NCBI GenBank assembly: GCA_045611965.1
Contig: JAZKYE010000012.1
Span: 1,512 to 65,511 of the forward strand
Direction: 5' to 3'
DNA from: Eubacteriales bacterium
GTDB lineage: Bacteria > Bacillota > Clostridia > Oscillospirales > CAG-272
DNA length: 64,000 nt
Part shown: piece by piece, positions 54,975-64,000 of the stretch
How positions within the stretch are numbered: position 1 is the stretch's first letter
Layout: each line of letters begins with the position of its first letter
Notes under the pieces: generated by a model
Seen by the model: only the letters and a program-made list of their open reading frames with translations
Database searches by the model: none
What the model was told of the DNA's origin: nothing
Translations under genes and position numbers: made by a program

Positions 54975-56375
54975 CTATTTTACAAATGCTAAAAATGCCT
55001 CGTAGGTAGAATATACGTCGGCCTTTGAAACGACCTCAAGAGGTGCGTGCATAGAGATAACGGCAACACCGATATCAAGTGTCTGTATATTCTGGTTTGC
55101 GATGAACATAGCAACTGTTCCGCCGCCGCCTGCATCAACCTTACCAAGCTCTGCAGACTGCCAGATAACGCCATTTTCGTCGAAAAGGCGTCTTACAAAG
55201 CCGACAAATTCAGCAGACGCGTCGCTTGTGCCCGACTTTCCTCTTGCGCCCGTGTACTTACTCATAACTGTACCGCACGAGATAATTGCGCTGTTGCGCT
55301 TCTCATACACATCGGCAAAATTAGGATCGTAAGCCGCGTTTACGTCAGCGCTGAGGCACTTGCTCGCAAGTCTTACTGCTCTGGGATTTGCGCCAAGAGA
55401 GATGGAAATCTCATCAATGAGGTCGCTGAATATCTTGCTCTGCATACCCGTAACGCCCATAGAGCCGATTTCTTCCTTATCTGCAAGAACCACCATAGAG
55501 GTGCGCTCTTTGGATGCGCCGTTGAATATAGCAGTAAGCGCAGGATACGAGCAAACTCTGTCATCGTGTCCGTATGCGGCAATAAGTGACTCGTCAAAGC
55601 CTACATTTCTCGCCTTGGCAGCAGGAACGAGAGAAAGCTCTGCGCTCATAAAATCAGCCTCTGTAATGCCGTACTTGCTGTTGAGGTAAGAAAGCGCGGT
55701 AAGCTTAATTTTATCGCTCGCTTCATCGTCATCGTAAGGAAGTCCACCGATGAGAATGTTAAGCGTTTCGCCAGAGATAGCTGTGCCGAGAGGCTCTTGT
55801 ACCTGACGCTGTGCAAGATGAGGAAGAAGGTCGTTGATGTAGAAGATAGGGTCGTTATCATCCTCGCCGATGCAGATATCGACTGCCTCACCGTCATTCT
55901 TAACGACTACACCGTGAAGTGCAAGCGGAATTGCGGTCCACTGATACTTCTTGATACCGCCATAGTAGTGCGTTTTAAAGAAAGCCATATTGGAATCCTC
56001 ATACATAGGCACCTGCTTTAAGTCAAGCCTTGGTGAGTCGATGTGCGCGGCAACAATTCTGATACCGTCAGTATTGATATCGTTAGTACCGATGCTGAAA
56101 AGATATACGCTCTTTTTGTGGTTTACAAAGTACTTTTTGTCACCTGCCTTAAGCTTTTGCCCGAAAACATACTCGGTATAGCCGGCATCCTTTGCCATAT
56201 TAACCGCAGATACAACTGCCTCGCGCTCGGTTTTTGCGCTGTCAAGGAATGACATATAACCGCGGCAGTAATCGTAAAGCGCGGAAATCTTCTCACTTGA
56301 AGCCTCTTCAAAATAGTTCTTTTTCTTGTAGAAAAGTTCTTCCTGCATTTTCTGTCCCTGTGTTTTCTCGCTCAT
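54975..56375 (-). CDS. M18 family aminopeptidase
   Basis: 466 aa with AAHIDSPRLDLK, DKEEIGS and MHAP motifs. Confidence 0.82.
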   Translation of the reverse strand: MSEKTQGQKMQEELFYKKKNYFEEASSEKISALYDYCRGYMSFLDSAKTEREAVVSAVNMAKDAGYTEYVFGQKLKAGDKKYFVNHKKSVYLFSIGTNDINTDGIRIVAAHIDSPRLDLKQVPMYEDSNMAFFKTHYYGGIKKYQWTAIPLALHGVVVKNDGEAVDICIGEDDNDPIFYINDLLPHLAQRQVQEPLGTAISGETLNILIGGLPYDDDEASDKIKLTALSYLNSKYGITEADFMSAELSLVPAAKARNVGFDESLIAAYGHDDRVCSYPALTAIFNGASKERTSMVVLADKEEIGSMGVTGMQSKIFSDLIDEISISLGANPRAVRLASKCLSADVNAAYDPNFADVYEKRNSAIISCGTVMSKYTGARGKSGTSDASAEFVGFVRRLFDENGVIWQSAELGKVDAGGGGTVAMFIANQNIQTLDIGVAVISMHAPLEVVSKADVYSTYEAFLAFVK

Positions 56376-56987
56376 TTATCTTCTCCTTAAAATATTATTT
56401 ACAATAACCTTAACCTGCTCGCAGGTATCTGCGATACCGTCGTTTACGATAGTAAAATCGCACATTGATGATAGCTTATCATCCGAAATCTGCGCCAGGA
56501 TACGCGCCATAGCACGCTCTTTGGTAATGCCGTCGCGTGAAATTATACGGCGAAGCCTGGTATCGGTGTCGCATATCACGCAAACGGTAAGCTGACATTC
56601 CTTATCAAACCCACTCTCAAAGAGAAGCGGCGCGTCAACGAGCACCGCAGGGGGTCTGTCAGGCGATGAAGCGTAGCAGGATAAAATTCTTCTTACCTCA
56701 TCAAGAATGGCTTTATGCGTGATTTTTTCAAGAATACGCTTGTTTTCAGACGAATTTTCCCCACAAAAAACAAGCTTTGATAGCTTCACACGGTCAACCG
56801 AGCCGTCGGGGGAAAGAATTTCCTCGCCAAAGGCACGCGCAAGCTCGCTTGTGCAGATACCGTTCTTTGTTGTCATCTGTCGGTAAAGCGCGTCGGTGTC
56901 TATCGAAGGAATACCGTATTTTTTAAATTCAGCCGAAACAAAGCCCTTGCCGCTGCCAGAGCCGCCGCATAAACCTATTGTAAGCAT
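56376..56987 (-). CDS. coaE: dephospho-CoA kinase
   Basis: Start moved to ATG 56987 (MLTIGLCGGSGSGKGF P-loop), giving a typical 203 aa. The track's 32-codon extension is rejected. Confidence 0.88.
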   Translation of the reverse strand: MLTIGLCGGSGSGKGFVSAEFKKYGIPSIDTDALYRQMTTKNGICTSELARAFGEEILSPDGSVDRVKLSKLVFCGENSSENKRILEKITHKAILDEVRRILSCYASSPDRPPAVLVDAPLLFESGFDKECQLTVCVICDTDTRLRRIISRDGITKERAMARILAQISDDKLSSMCDFTIVNDGIADTCEQVKVIVNNILRRR

Positions 56988-57118
56988 ATTTAACCTATCA
57001 TAAAATATATTTATATAATTATACACTAAAATATTTAATTTTGTCAAGCCGTTTGCCCTCGCATATTTTAAAATATCGGGCATATACTATAAAACAAAAA
57101 GATAAAAAGAGGCTTGAT

Positions 57119-58183
57119 ATGGAACAGAACATTAAAACAAATCAAGATTTTAAATTCTTCGCATCCGCTAACAGCTATGACGGCTTCAAGTCATATTTTG
57201 ACCTTTGCTTTAATCCTAATGAATATGACCGTATATTTATTCTTAAAGGCGGACCCGGAACGGGCAAGAGCAGCTTTATGAAAAAAATAGCAGAGCTCAC
57301 AAAAGACGGTGGGGCTACTTGCGAGTGGATAATTTGCTCGTCGGATATTAATTCTGTTGACGGGGTAATTCTCGAAAGCGACAAGGCGCGCGTCGCGGTG
57401 GTTGACGGAACAAGCCCACACACGCTTGACGCAAAGTTTCCCTGCGTGTGCGAGACGATAATTGACCTTGCACAGTATCTTGATTACGATAGGCTGAAGC
57501 TTCGGCGCGGTGACATTGTAAGGCTCAATTCCTTAAAGTCAACTGCTTACACCAAAGCCTACTCTGAACTTGAACATTCTGCGATATTCGGAAGATATAT
57601 TACAGCAGAGTGTGCAAGAGGGTTTCATTATGACAGCGCAAAAAGCTTTTCAAACGACCTTATTCTCGGTGTAAATGAGGAAGGCGCCGGCACTTGCAAA
57701 ACAAGGCTTATCAGCTCGTTTTCGAAAAATTCATACAGAAGGCTTTCAACCCTTGAAAATATAGCTGAAAGAATTTATTCCTTCGAGGGGGCATTTTCGT
57801 CACCCTATATTATGCTTCAGATAATTCTCGCAAAGCTTAAGAAAACGAAGAGCGATATTTATATATTCCCCCATTGCCTTGACAATACCTTAACCGAGGC
57901 TATATATATTGAGGGCTCAAAAACGGCTTTAATCGTAAACTCACAGAAGGGTGAGAAAATCAAGTGCGATGAATATTTATGCGACGATATTCCCGTGTGC
58001 GATCTTGAATTTAATCTCGGAATAAGTAATACCCTCGCTGGCCGTGCGGCAGAATTTTTAAAGGTTGCATCAGAATATCACTTTAAGCTTGAGGACGTCT
58101 ATACACCTTGTATGAATTTTGATGCGGTGTCGGATAAGCTTAATCAATTAGCAAAGGATATCAAAAATATTTTGTATATTTAA
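57119..58183 (+). CDS. P-loop NTPase of unknown function (354 aa)
   Basis: ATG at 57119 lies 6 nt after AAGAGG. Walker A GGPGTGKSS, and Walker-B-like RVAVVDGT. Confidence 0.6.
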   Translation: MEQNIKTNQDFKFFASANSYDGFKSYFDLCFNPNEYDRIFILKGGPGTGKSSFMKKIAELTKDGGATCEWIICSSDINSVDGVILESDKARVAVVDGTSPHTLDAKFPCVCETIIDLAQYLDYDRLKLRRGDIVRLNSLKSTAYTKAYSELEHSAIFGRYITAECARGFHYDSAKSFSNDLILGVNEEGAGTCKTRLISSFSKNSYRRLSTLENIAERIYSFEGAFSSPYIMLQIILAKLKKTKSDIYIFPHCLDNTLTEAIYIEGSKTALIVNSQKGEKIKCDEYLCDDIPVCDLEFNLGISNTLAGRAAEFLKVASEYHFKLEDVYTPCMNFDAVSDKLNQLAKDIKNILYI

Positions 58184-58227
58184 TTCCTTGACATTAATAT
58201 ATAATTATGATAATATATTAAATGTGA

Positions 58228-58264
58228 AAAATACTCACGGTGTTTTCACCGTGAGTATTTTTAT
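58228..58264. terminator. bidirectional intrinsic terminator
   Basis: AATACTCACGGTG...CACCGTGAGTATT flanked by an A-run and a T-run. Confidence 0.8.
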
Positions 58265-59473
58265 TTACTTGATTTCCCCGACAACAAGCTCGGTATCTCT
58301 TGCGATAACGAGTTCCTCGTTAGTGGGTATCATATAGACCTTGACAGCAGAGCTGTCCTTTGAAAGAAGCACAGGCTCAGACGAATGCTCAAAGGTGTTT
58401 CTGTCCTCGTCAAGCTCTATTCCGAGAAATTCAAGTCCCGAAAGCGCACCGCTTCTGAGGTAACCGACGTGCTCACCGATGCCTGCGGTGAATACGACAG
58501 CGTCAAGACCGCCCATAGCGGCAGAATATGAGCCGATATACTTCTTTATCTGATATGCGAGCATATCAAGAGCAAGCTTTGCGCGCTCGTTTCCGTCCTT
58601 CATAGCCGCAACAACGTCGCGAACGTCAGATCCTACGCCGCTAATACCGTCGAAGCCGCACTTCTTATTCATATAATTGTCCATTTCGGCAGGGGTATAG
58701 CCGCGCTTTTCCATTATATAAGTAACGATAGCAGGGTCTATAGCACCGCATCTTGTGCCCATAAGCACACCGTCAAGAGGCGTAAAGCCCATAGAGGTGT
58801 CGGTGCACTTACCGTCCTTGACCGCGCTTATCGACGAGCCGTTTCCGATGTGGCAGGTAACTATTTTAGTTCCGTTTGCCTCACCGCCGAGAAGCTTAAT
58901 CATCTCGCCTGCAACATAACGGTGAGATGTGCCGTGTGCGCCGTATCTTCTTACACCGTACTGCTCGTACATATCGTAGGATACACCGTAGGTGTATGCT
59001 TCCTTGGGCATAGTGGTGTGGAAGGCAGTATCAAATACAAGCACCTGAGGTGTGTCAGGCATTACAGCCTTACAGCCCTTGATACCCATTATGTGGGCAG
59101 GGGTGTGAAGAGGTGCGTATGACGTGCATTTTTCAAGAGTGCTCATAACCTCGTCGGTGGCGAGCATGCTCTTTGAGAAATAAGGTCCGCCGTGCACTAC
59201 TCTGTGACCGATAGCCTCGATTTCATCAGCGGATTTAAGGCATCCGTACTTCTCATCAAGAAGCGAGGAAACAACGAGCTTCATCGCTATCGAATGGTCG
59301 GGAAGAGGCGTTACCTTATAGAGCTTTTCCCCACCCTCGCACTTGTGTGTGATGCACGAGCCGTCAATTCCTATTCTTTCGCAATTTCCCTTTGCAAGCA
59401 CAGATGCGCTTTCTGTATCAAAAAGCTGATATTTAAGCGAGCTTGAGCCTGCGTTTACTACTAAAACCTTCAT
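58265..59473 (-). CDS. ackA: acetate kinase
   Basis: ATG at 59473 after AGGAAGGA. MKVLVVNAGSSSLKYQLFD N-terminus and the HRVVHGG, GAHGTSH and TCHIGNG motifs. Confidence 0.93.
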   Translation of the reverse strand: MKVLVVNAGSSSLKYQLFDTESASVLAKGNCERIGIDGSCITHKCEGGEKLYKVTPLPDHSIAMKLVVSSLLDEKYGCLKSADEIEAIGHRVVHGGPYFSKSMLATDEVMSTLEKCTSYAPLHTPAHIMGIKGCKAVMPDTPQVLVFDTAFHTTMPKEAYTYGVSYDMYEQYGVRRYGAHGTSHRYVAGEMIKLLGGEANGTKIVTCHIGNGSSISAVKDGKCTDTSMGFTPLDGVLMGTRCGAIDPAIVTYIMEKRGYTPAEMDNYMNKKCGFDGISGVGSDVRDVVAAMKDGNERAKLALDMLAYQIKKYIGSYSAAMGGLDAVVFTAGIGEHVGYLRSGALSGLEFLGIELDEDRNTFEHSSEPVLLSKDSSAVKVYMIPTNEELVIARDTELVVGEIK

Positions 59474-59580
59474 TTGAATATCCTTCCTGTATATGTGAAA
59501 AATTACTTTTCTATTATACAACAACTTTTAACTATAATCAATATCAAATCATAATTTTTAGAAAAAAGGGGGCGTATGAT

Positions 59581-60771
59581 ATGAAAATATGTGCAATTAT
59601 CGCGGAATACAACCCCTTTCACAACGGACATTTACATCAGATTTGTAAAATAAGAGAAGAGCTTGGCGCAGATACGGCTATTATTGCAGTTATGAGCGGC
59701 AACTTCACTCAGCGCGCTGAATTTGCTATAACCGACAAGCTTACACGCGCAAAATGCGCTGTACTTAGCGGTGTTAATCTCGTGCTTGAGCTTCCCTTTC
59801 CGCACTGTATGTCGAGCGCTGAATTTTTCGCAAGGGGTGCAGTTCATATCATAAGCTCGCTCGGATGCGTTGATTACCTCTCATTCGGCTCTGAATGCGG
59901 TGATATTGATATTCTGTGTCAGGCGGCTGAGGCAATGCTCACCGAAAAATATAACGAGGCTCTTGCTAATAATCCCGACAAGAGTGTCGGCTACGCACGC
60001 GCCTGCGAGCTTGCGCTTAAAGCCGTTTGTCCCGAGTTATCCCTCGAATATTCGCCAAACAACATCCTTGCTATTGAATATATAAAGGCGCTAAAGCTCA
60101 TTTCATCACCTATTATCCCTCATACGGTAAAACGCGAGGGGGTCGGATATAACGACACCGTAGCTGTCTCAGACAAGCTTCCGAGCGCATCTTCGATACG
60201 CAAGCTTATCTTGGGTGGGGAAAGCATTTGTGAGCATGTGCCAAAGGACTGCTATAACGCGCTTTATGATGCTATCACCCTTGGCGATATGCCGACAGAC
60301 CAAGCACGCTTAAACGAAGCGGTGCTATCCTATTTCAGATTAAACCCGAAGCCAAGCGATGAGCTTTGTGACCTTGGCGACGGTTTATATTACCGCCTCG
60401 CGGAAAATTCTCTCGAGGCAAACGATATACAACACCTGCTGATGCTTACCAAGACAAAAAAATATACCGATGCTAAAATCAGACGCGCACTCTGGTATGC
60501 GTTTTTCGGCGTTACCTCCTCCGACAAACGCGCACTTCCGCGCTATACACAGCTTCTCGGTATGGATGATGTCGGTAAGGCATTGCTTCATTCATTTGCC
60601 AAAGGCTTCGCTATAAGCATCCTCACAAAGCCATCGAGCGTTGGCAAGCTTGACGGGCTGGCGATAAGGCAGAAAACCCTTACTGATAGGGTTGATTCTA
60701 TCTTTGAGCTTACAAAGCCAAGTCCGAAGTCAGGCAGAAGCGGTGTGAGAATTACACCGTTTATAAAATAA
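59581..60771 (+). CDS. tmcAL: tRNA(Met) cytidine acetate ligase (YlbM/UPF0348 nucleotidyltransferase)
   Basis: ATG at 59581. MKICAIIAEYNPFHNGHLHQI with the HxGH motif, about 396 aa. Confidence 0.8.
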   Translation: MKICAIIAEYNPFHNGHLHQICKIREELGADTAIIAVMSGNFTQRAEFAITDKLTRAKCAVLSGVNLVLELPFPHCMSSAEFFARGAVHIISSLGCVDYLSFGSECGDIDILCQAAEAMLTEKYNEALANNPDKSVGYARACELALKAVCPELSLEYSPNNILAIEYIKALKLISSPIIPHTVKREGVGYNDTVAVSDKLPSASSIRKLILGGESICEHVPKDCYNALYDAITLGDMPTDQARLNEAVLSYFRLNPKPSDELCDLGDGLYYRLAENSLEANDIQHLLMLTKTKKYTDAKIRRALWYAFFGVTSSDKRALPRYTQLLGMDDVGKALLHSFAKGFAISILTKPSSVGKLDGLAIRQKTLTDRVDSIFELTKPSPKSGRSGVRITPFIK

Positions 60772-60894
60772 TATTTTGCGAAAGTTTTATTTGTGACTAC
60801 TTTTGTCGAAGGTATTTACAAGGAATAATTGCTTTGGTATTATTTTATAGGACGCAAAAAAAGCACTCGGCAAAACAAAAGAAAGGAGTTTCAA

Positions 60895-61176
60895 ATGTTT
60901 GAATTAGTTGGAATCGGTGAGGACGAATTTCTCACCTATAAGGAAAGACCTCTCGTACGTAGCGGCGTTGAAATTTTCTACGGCGACCTTAATGCTTCCG
61001 CTCACGTTGAGATGAGAATTATGAAGGAAAAGGAAGTCAGCGGCTTTAAAATTCCTGAAGATATTATGGTACAGCTTTTTGAAAAGGACATCCCCGCCCC
61101 CAAGAGAAGCTTTAAATCCAAGGGACTTTTTGATGCGCTTGATACTGCCGCGCATTGGCTCGACGGCTATAAATAA
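60895..61176 (+). CDS. hypothetical protein (93 aa)
   Basis: ATG at 60895 after GAAAGGAG. No family recognised. Confidence 0.5.
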   Translation: MFELVGIGEDEFLTYKERPLVRSGVEIFYGDLNASAHVEMRIMKEKEVSGFKIPEDIMVQLFEKDIPAPKRSFKSKGLFDALDTAAHWLDGYK

Positions 61177-61228
61177 TATAGCCCGAGAATAAACGTGTGC
61201 ACGGTATGCGTGCACAAGGAGGTAAAAT

Positions 61229-62332
61229 ATGAATAAAGAAAAGATCGGCAATCTTCTTCGTGTGATTGCCGTTATTCTTATAGCCACAGTAGCGCTGTTT
61301 TTAATCGGTGCTACGGCAGCCGACAAGACACCGCAGGACAACAATACACCGCAGGATGACGAAACGCCCGATAATTCGCAGACGGATGATACTACACCCG
61401 ACCAAGATACTACCGATAATAATGATAGCGCTAAGCCCGACGATGAAGAGGTCAAGGTCTATAAAAGCCCACTGACCGGGCTTGATGTAACGGAAGAGGA
61501 ATATCTCGCGCACCGTCTTGCCCTGATATATTCCCCCACCGACACGCTCTACGGCATTTCTCTCGCGGATATTGTCGTTGAAATACCCGTTTCTGATGAA
61601 AGCACGCGGTATGTTGTATATACATCCTTTGGCAAGGACCTCTCAAAAATAGGCACTTTAGCACCCGTGCGCGATAATATGCTCGCACTTTTTAATAGCT
61701 TTGGTGGGGTTTTCGTTGCGAAGGGTAATGACGGGGTCGTGGAATACAAGCACCCACAGCAATTACATATTGATCTTTCACAAGGTAGGGATTATTCCTT
61801 TAACGAGAGCGTAAACAGCACATATACATCGGGTGAGCTTTTGCTCGATTATATGAGAGATAAGGGCACGGTTACCGTAGGGGCAGATACGCCCACGCCG
61901 TTTTTGTTTTCGGATGATGATTTTATCGGACGCGCTGTGTGTAATGTTATAACGCTTCCCTACTCAGACAAATCGACGACCTCGCTCGTTTACGATAAAA
62001 GCATTTTCGCTTATACGCTTTTATCCTCCGGAAAAGCGCAGGTCGATATGCTGACGGGTATTAATGCGAGCTTTACAAATGCCTTCGTGCTGTTTTCCGA
62101 TTCGGTTACATATGAACGCTCTGACCTCATTGAAACCGTCACGGAAACGCTCTGCGGTGGCGCCGGATACTATTTATCCCTCGGCAGGCTTACTGAAATA
62201 AAATGGGAAGCAGATGCTGACGGTATTATATCCTTTAAAACGCTTAGCGGTGATGAGCTTAAAATCAACCGAGGTAAAACCTATATTGGCTATTTTAAAT
62301 CGTCTGAAAGAAATTCAGTAAAGTTTGAATGA
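61229..62332 (+). CDS. DUF3048-like (YerB-type) secreted/anchored protein
   Basis: N-terminal TM, a D/T/P/N-rich linker, then SPLTGL... and a conserved core reminiscent of DUF3048 proteins. Confidence 0.6.
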   Translation: MNKEKIGNLLRVIAVILIATVALFLIGATAADKTPQDNNTPQDDETPDNSQTDDTTPDQDTTDNNDSAKPDDEEVKVYKSPLTGLDVTEEEYLAHRLALIYSPTDTLYGISLADIVVEIPVSDESTRYVVYTSFGKDLSKIGTLAPVRDNMLALFNSFGGVFVAKGNDGVVEYKHPQQLHIDLSQGRDYSFNESVNSTYTSGELLLDYMRDKGTVTVGADTPTPFLFSDDDFIGRAVCNVITLPYSDKSTTSLVYDKSIFAYTLLSSGKAQVDMLTGINASFTNAFVLFSDSVTYERSDLIETVTETLCGGAGYYLSLGRLTEIKWEADADGIISFKTLSGDELKINRGKTYIGYFKSSERNSVKFE

Positions 62333-62437
62333 GAATTTAGATAAATCGCATATTTTAACCGCATCAGAGCCTGTTTAATATTAAAGGACAGAGAATGAGA
62401 ATTTCTCTGCCCTATTTCTTTGCTTTGGGAAGCTTTA

Positions 62438-62992
62438 TCAGCTTTCCATTTGCTTGCCTAAAAATATACCTGCCGTCTGTATAAGCTTAATCTCGATTTC
62501 ATCGGATATTTTATCACTGTACGACGAGTCGCGCATCATCCCCGACATTACGCATCCGATAATATCACCCTCGGAAATAATCGGCATAGCACAACTGACA
62601 TAGTGCTCACCGGCACCGTCTGTTACACCAATGCTCTCGTTTCTCGCGGTGTTATGATATATTGTGCGCGAGTCGATTATTTCTTCAAGTCTTTGCGATA
62701 TTTTCTTATCCATATATTCACGCTTTGATGCGCCTGATACTGCAATTACGGCATCTCTGTCGGTTATAAATATCGGCATAGACGAGGTTTTATTCAAGGT
62801 TTCTGCGTATTCCTGTGCAAACGCCTGAAGCTCGCCTATCGGCGAATATTTCTTAAAAATAACCTCCCCCTCTCTGTCGGTATATATTTCAAGCGGATCA
62901 CCCTCGCGGATACGCATAGTTCTTCTTATTTCCTTAGGGATGACAACTCTGCCGAGGTCATCAATCCTACGGACAATTCCTGTGGCTTTCAT
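62438..62992 (-). CDS. spoVT: stage V sporulation protein T
   Basis: AbrB-type N-terminus MKATGIVRRIDDLGRVVIPKEIRRTMRIREGDPLEIY plus a GAF-like C-domain, 184 aa. Confidence 0.92.
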   Translation of the reverse strand: MKATGIVRRIDDLGRVVIPKEIRRTMRIREGDPLEIYTDREGEVIFKKYSPIGELQAFAQEYAETLNKTSSMPIFITDRDAVIAVSGASKREYMDKKISQRLEEIIDSRTIYHNTARNESIGVTDGAGEHYVSCAMPIISEGDIIGCVMSGMMRDSSYSDKISDEIEIKLIQTAGIFLGKQMES

Positions 62993-63029
62993 TTATATAT
63001 AATACTCCTTTAATTTTAAGGTGTATTGT

Positions 63030-63058
63030 TAGTATTTGTAAGCCAAGGGGATTTATAC
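63030..63058 (-). promoter_or_regulatory. possible forespore (sigma-F/G-like) promoter of spoVT
   Basis: Minus strand reads GTATA-17 nt-AATACTA, compared with a GnATA...CATAnTA-type consensus recalled from Bacillus. Confidence 0.3.
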
Positions 63059-63101
63059 TTTAAATATAAAAGAGTTTATCGTCTTTATAAAGCAAACAGA
63101 C

Positions 63102-63305
63102 TCATTTTTTGTAAAATTCTTCGCCAGTAATTAAATAATCAATAGAAACATTAAAATATCTTGACATATTTACTAACATAGTTAGAGAAGGTTCTCTTTT
63201 ACCATTTTCGTAATATGATAAAGCTTCCCTAGATATATTTAAATCCATAGCAACCTTTTGTTGATTTAAATTTTTAAGTTTTCGTATTTTTTTTAGACCA
63301 ATCAT
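63102..63305 (-). CDS. small XRE/Cro-type HTH repressor (67 aa)
   Basis: ATG at 63305 lies 5 nt after GAGGTG. LNQQKVAMDLNISREALSYYENGKREPSL HTH. AT-rich codon usage unlike its neighbours. Confidence 0.8.
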   Translation of the reverse strand: MIGLKKIRKLKNLNQQKVAMDLNISREALSYYENGKREPSLTMLVNMSRYFNVSIDYLITGEEFYKK

Positions 63306-63324
63306 CAAATCACCTCTTGACATT

Positions 63325-63369
63325 ATTGTAACATTGTGTTACAATAATAATGTAACATTATGTTACTAA
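63325..63369. promoter_or_regulatory. two tandem operator-like inverted repeats in the divergent promoter region
   Basis: ATTGTAACA-TTG-TGTTACAAT (perfect 9-bp arms, 63325-63345) and AATGTAACA-TTA-TGTTACTAA (63349-63369). Confidence 0.55.
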
Positions 63370-63390
63370 TACAATTTTAAGGAGAATAAA

Positions 63391-64000
63391 ATGAGAAAAA
63401 TGGTAAAATCGCTGACATCGATTCTTTTGATCATTGTCATATGTTTAGGGGGGGTCGTGTTCTTTTATCGAAAAAATAATAATACCTGATGTTGAAAACA
63501 TGGATGTATCAACTGCAAAAACTTTACTAGCGGGTAAGGGATTGATTCCTAAAGTGGAATATGAATATAATAATTATTATGATTACGATATGGTAATCCG
63601 CACAACCCCTGAAATCGGTAGTACAGTGGAAGAAGATTCCCCCGTAACACTTTATGTGTGCAAAGGTCCTTCTTACTATACTCTTCCTGACAGCGTTGTC
63701 CGTATGTGGAATGTTGACGGAATTGAGCCATTTAAGTGGAGTGAAAATTATGATGGAACCGAGACAAAAGGTTTTTATTCGCTATATGTTAAAGAAGGGT
63801 ATTTGTATATCCCGATGTATCTCAAATGTGTTTCGGATTATGAATTAGCGTTTTATGATGATTTTGGCACAGCATCTATCAATGATACTTTTGATAAAAC
63901 GGTGCCAATCAAAATAATTTACGATTCGAAAACAGTTGATAATAAAGGGGGAAAAACCTCATTTGAAGCAAAAATTCCATTGAGTGATTTAGGTGTCCAA
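63391..64000 (+). pseudogene. membrane-anchored PASTA-domain protein gene, frame broken after the TM segment; 3' end beyond the window
   Basis: AAGGAGA SD. Frame 1 gives MRKMVKSLTSILLIIVICLGGVVFFYRKNNNT, with its stop at 63487. The +1 frame is open from 63449 to 64000 and encodes PDVENMDVSTAKTLLAGKGLIPKVEY...VTLYVCKG (PASTA-like). G7 and A6 runs lie in the frame overlap. Confidence 0.6.

Noticed and set aside
56988-57118. N-terminal extensions of track ORFs. Here they affect coaE and the P-loop gene. The same applies at 16767-16808, 27144-27206, 59443-59580, 60829-60894, 10696-10740, 40072-40128 and 59474-59524.
   Set aside because: In each case an internal ATG with a proper GGAGG-type SD coincides with the start of family homology. 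The extensions overlap promoters or divergent genes.
60904-61455. 183-aa minus-strand ORF spanning two plus-strand genes.
   Set aside because: It crosses the intergenic region and the SD of the DUF3048-like gene, its product is Ser/Val-rich and low-complexity, and it has no start signal.
63349-63369. Resemblance of ATTATGTTACT to the XerD arm of Firmicute dif sites (TTATGTAAACT as I recall it).
   Set aside because: The match is only partial, the sequence is clearly one half of a duplicated operator palindrome, and no XerC arm is present at the right spacing.
63654-63848. 64-aa track ORF inside the PASTA-domain gene.
   Set aside because: It is out of frame with the long open frame (63449-64000) that encodes the recognisable domain, and it has no SD.

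Overview
This 64-kb chromosomal segment looks like it comes from an endospore-forming Firmicute, probably a member of the Clostridia. The tRNAs carry genome-encoded CCA ends, many promoters are exact TTGACA-N17-TATAAT, ribosome-binding sites are GGAGG-type, and sporulation genes are present (spoIIID, spoVT, cwlD-like, pdaA-like, a dac carboxypeptidase, a SleC-like module).

I call about 62 protein genes and 3 tRNAs (Arg-TCT, His-GTG, Ser-GGA). Coding is dense and mostly housekeeping: rpmG (partial), clpC, prs, lgt, folD, rpsU, uxuA, pgi, aspartate kinase, an EF-G paralog, radA, a type II topoisomerase A subunit, sua5/tsaC, prfA, coaE, ackA and tmcAL.

I see no CRISPR array, IS or transposase, reverse transcriptase, or recognisable defence or toxin module, and I cannot point to one clear-cut novel system. 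The loci most worth follow-up are:
- a structured, repeat-containing ~300-nt non-coding block with a tRNA-like core directly 3' of tRNA-Ser (35588-35892);
- a five-gene biotin/Na+-pump decarboxylase cluster (45318-50480) that carries two different carboxyltransferases, one with degenerate active-site motifs;
- a mini P-loop protein plus a Cys-rich protein (24013-25403), each preceded by perfect palindromes;
- a ~530-bp AT-rich gene-free gap after spoIIID with an orphan terminator;
- signal-peptide-less peptidoglycan-binding genes welded to clpC;
- an AT-rich segment at the right edge with an XRE repressor, paired operators and a PASTA-domain gene broken at a homopolymer.

All family calls rest on motif recognition by eye from the translations. 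No similarity search was run.
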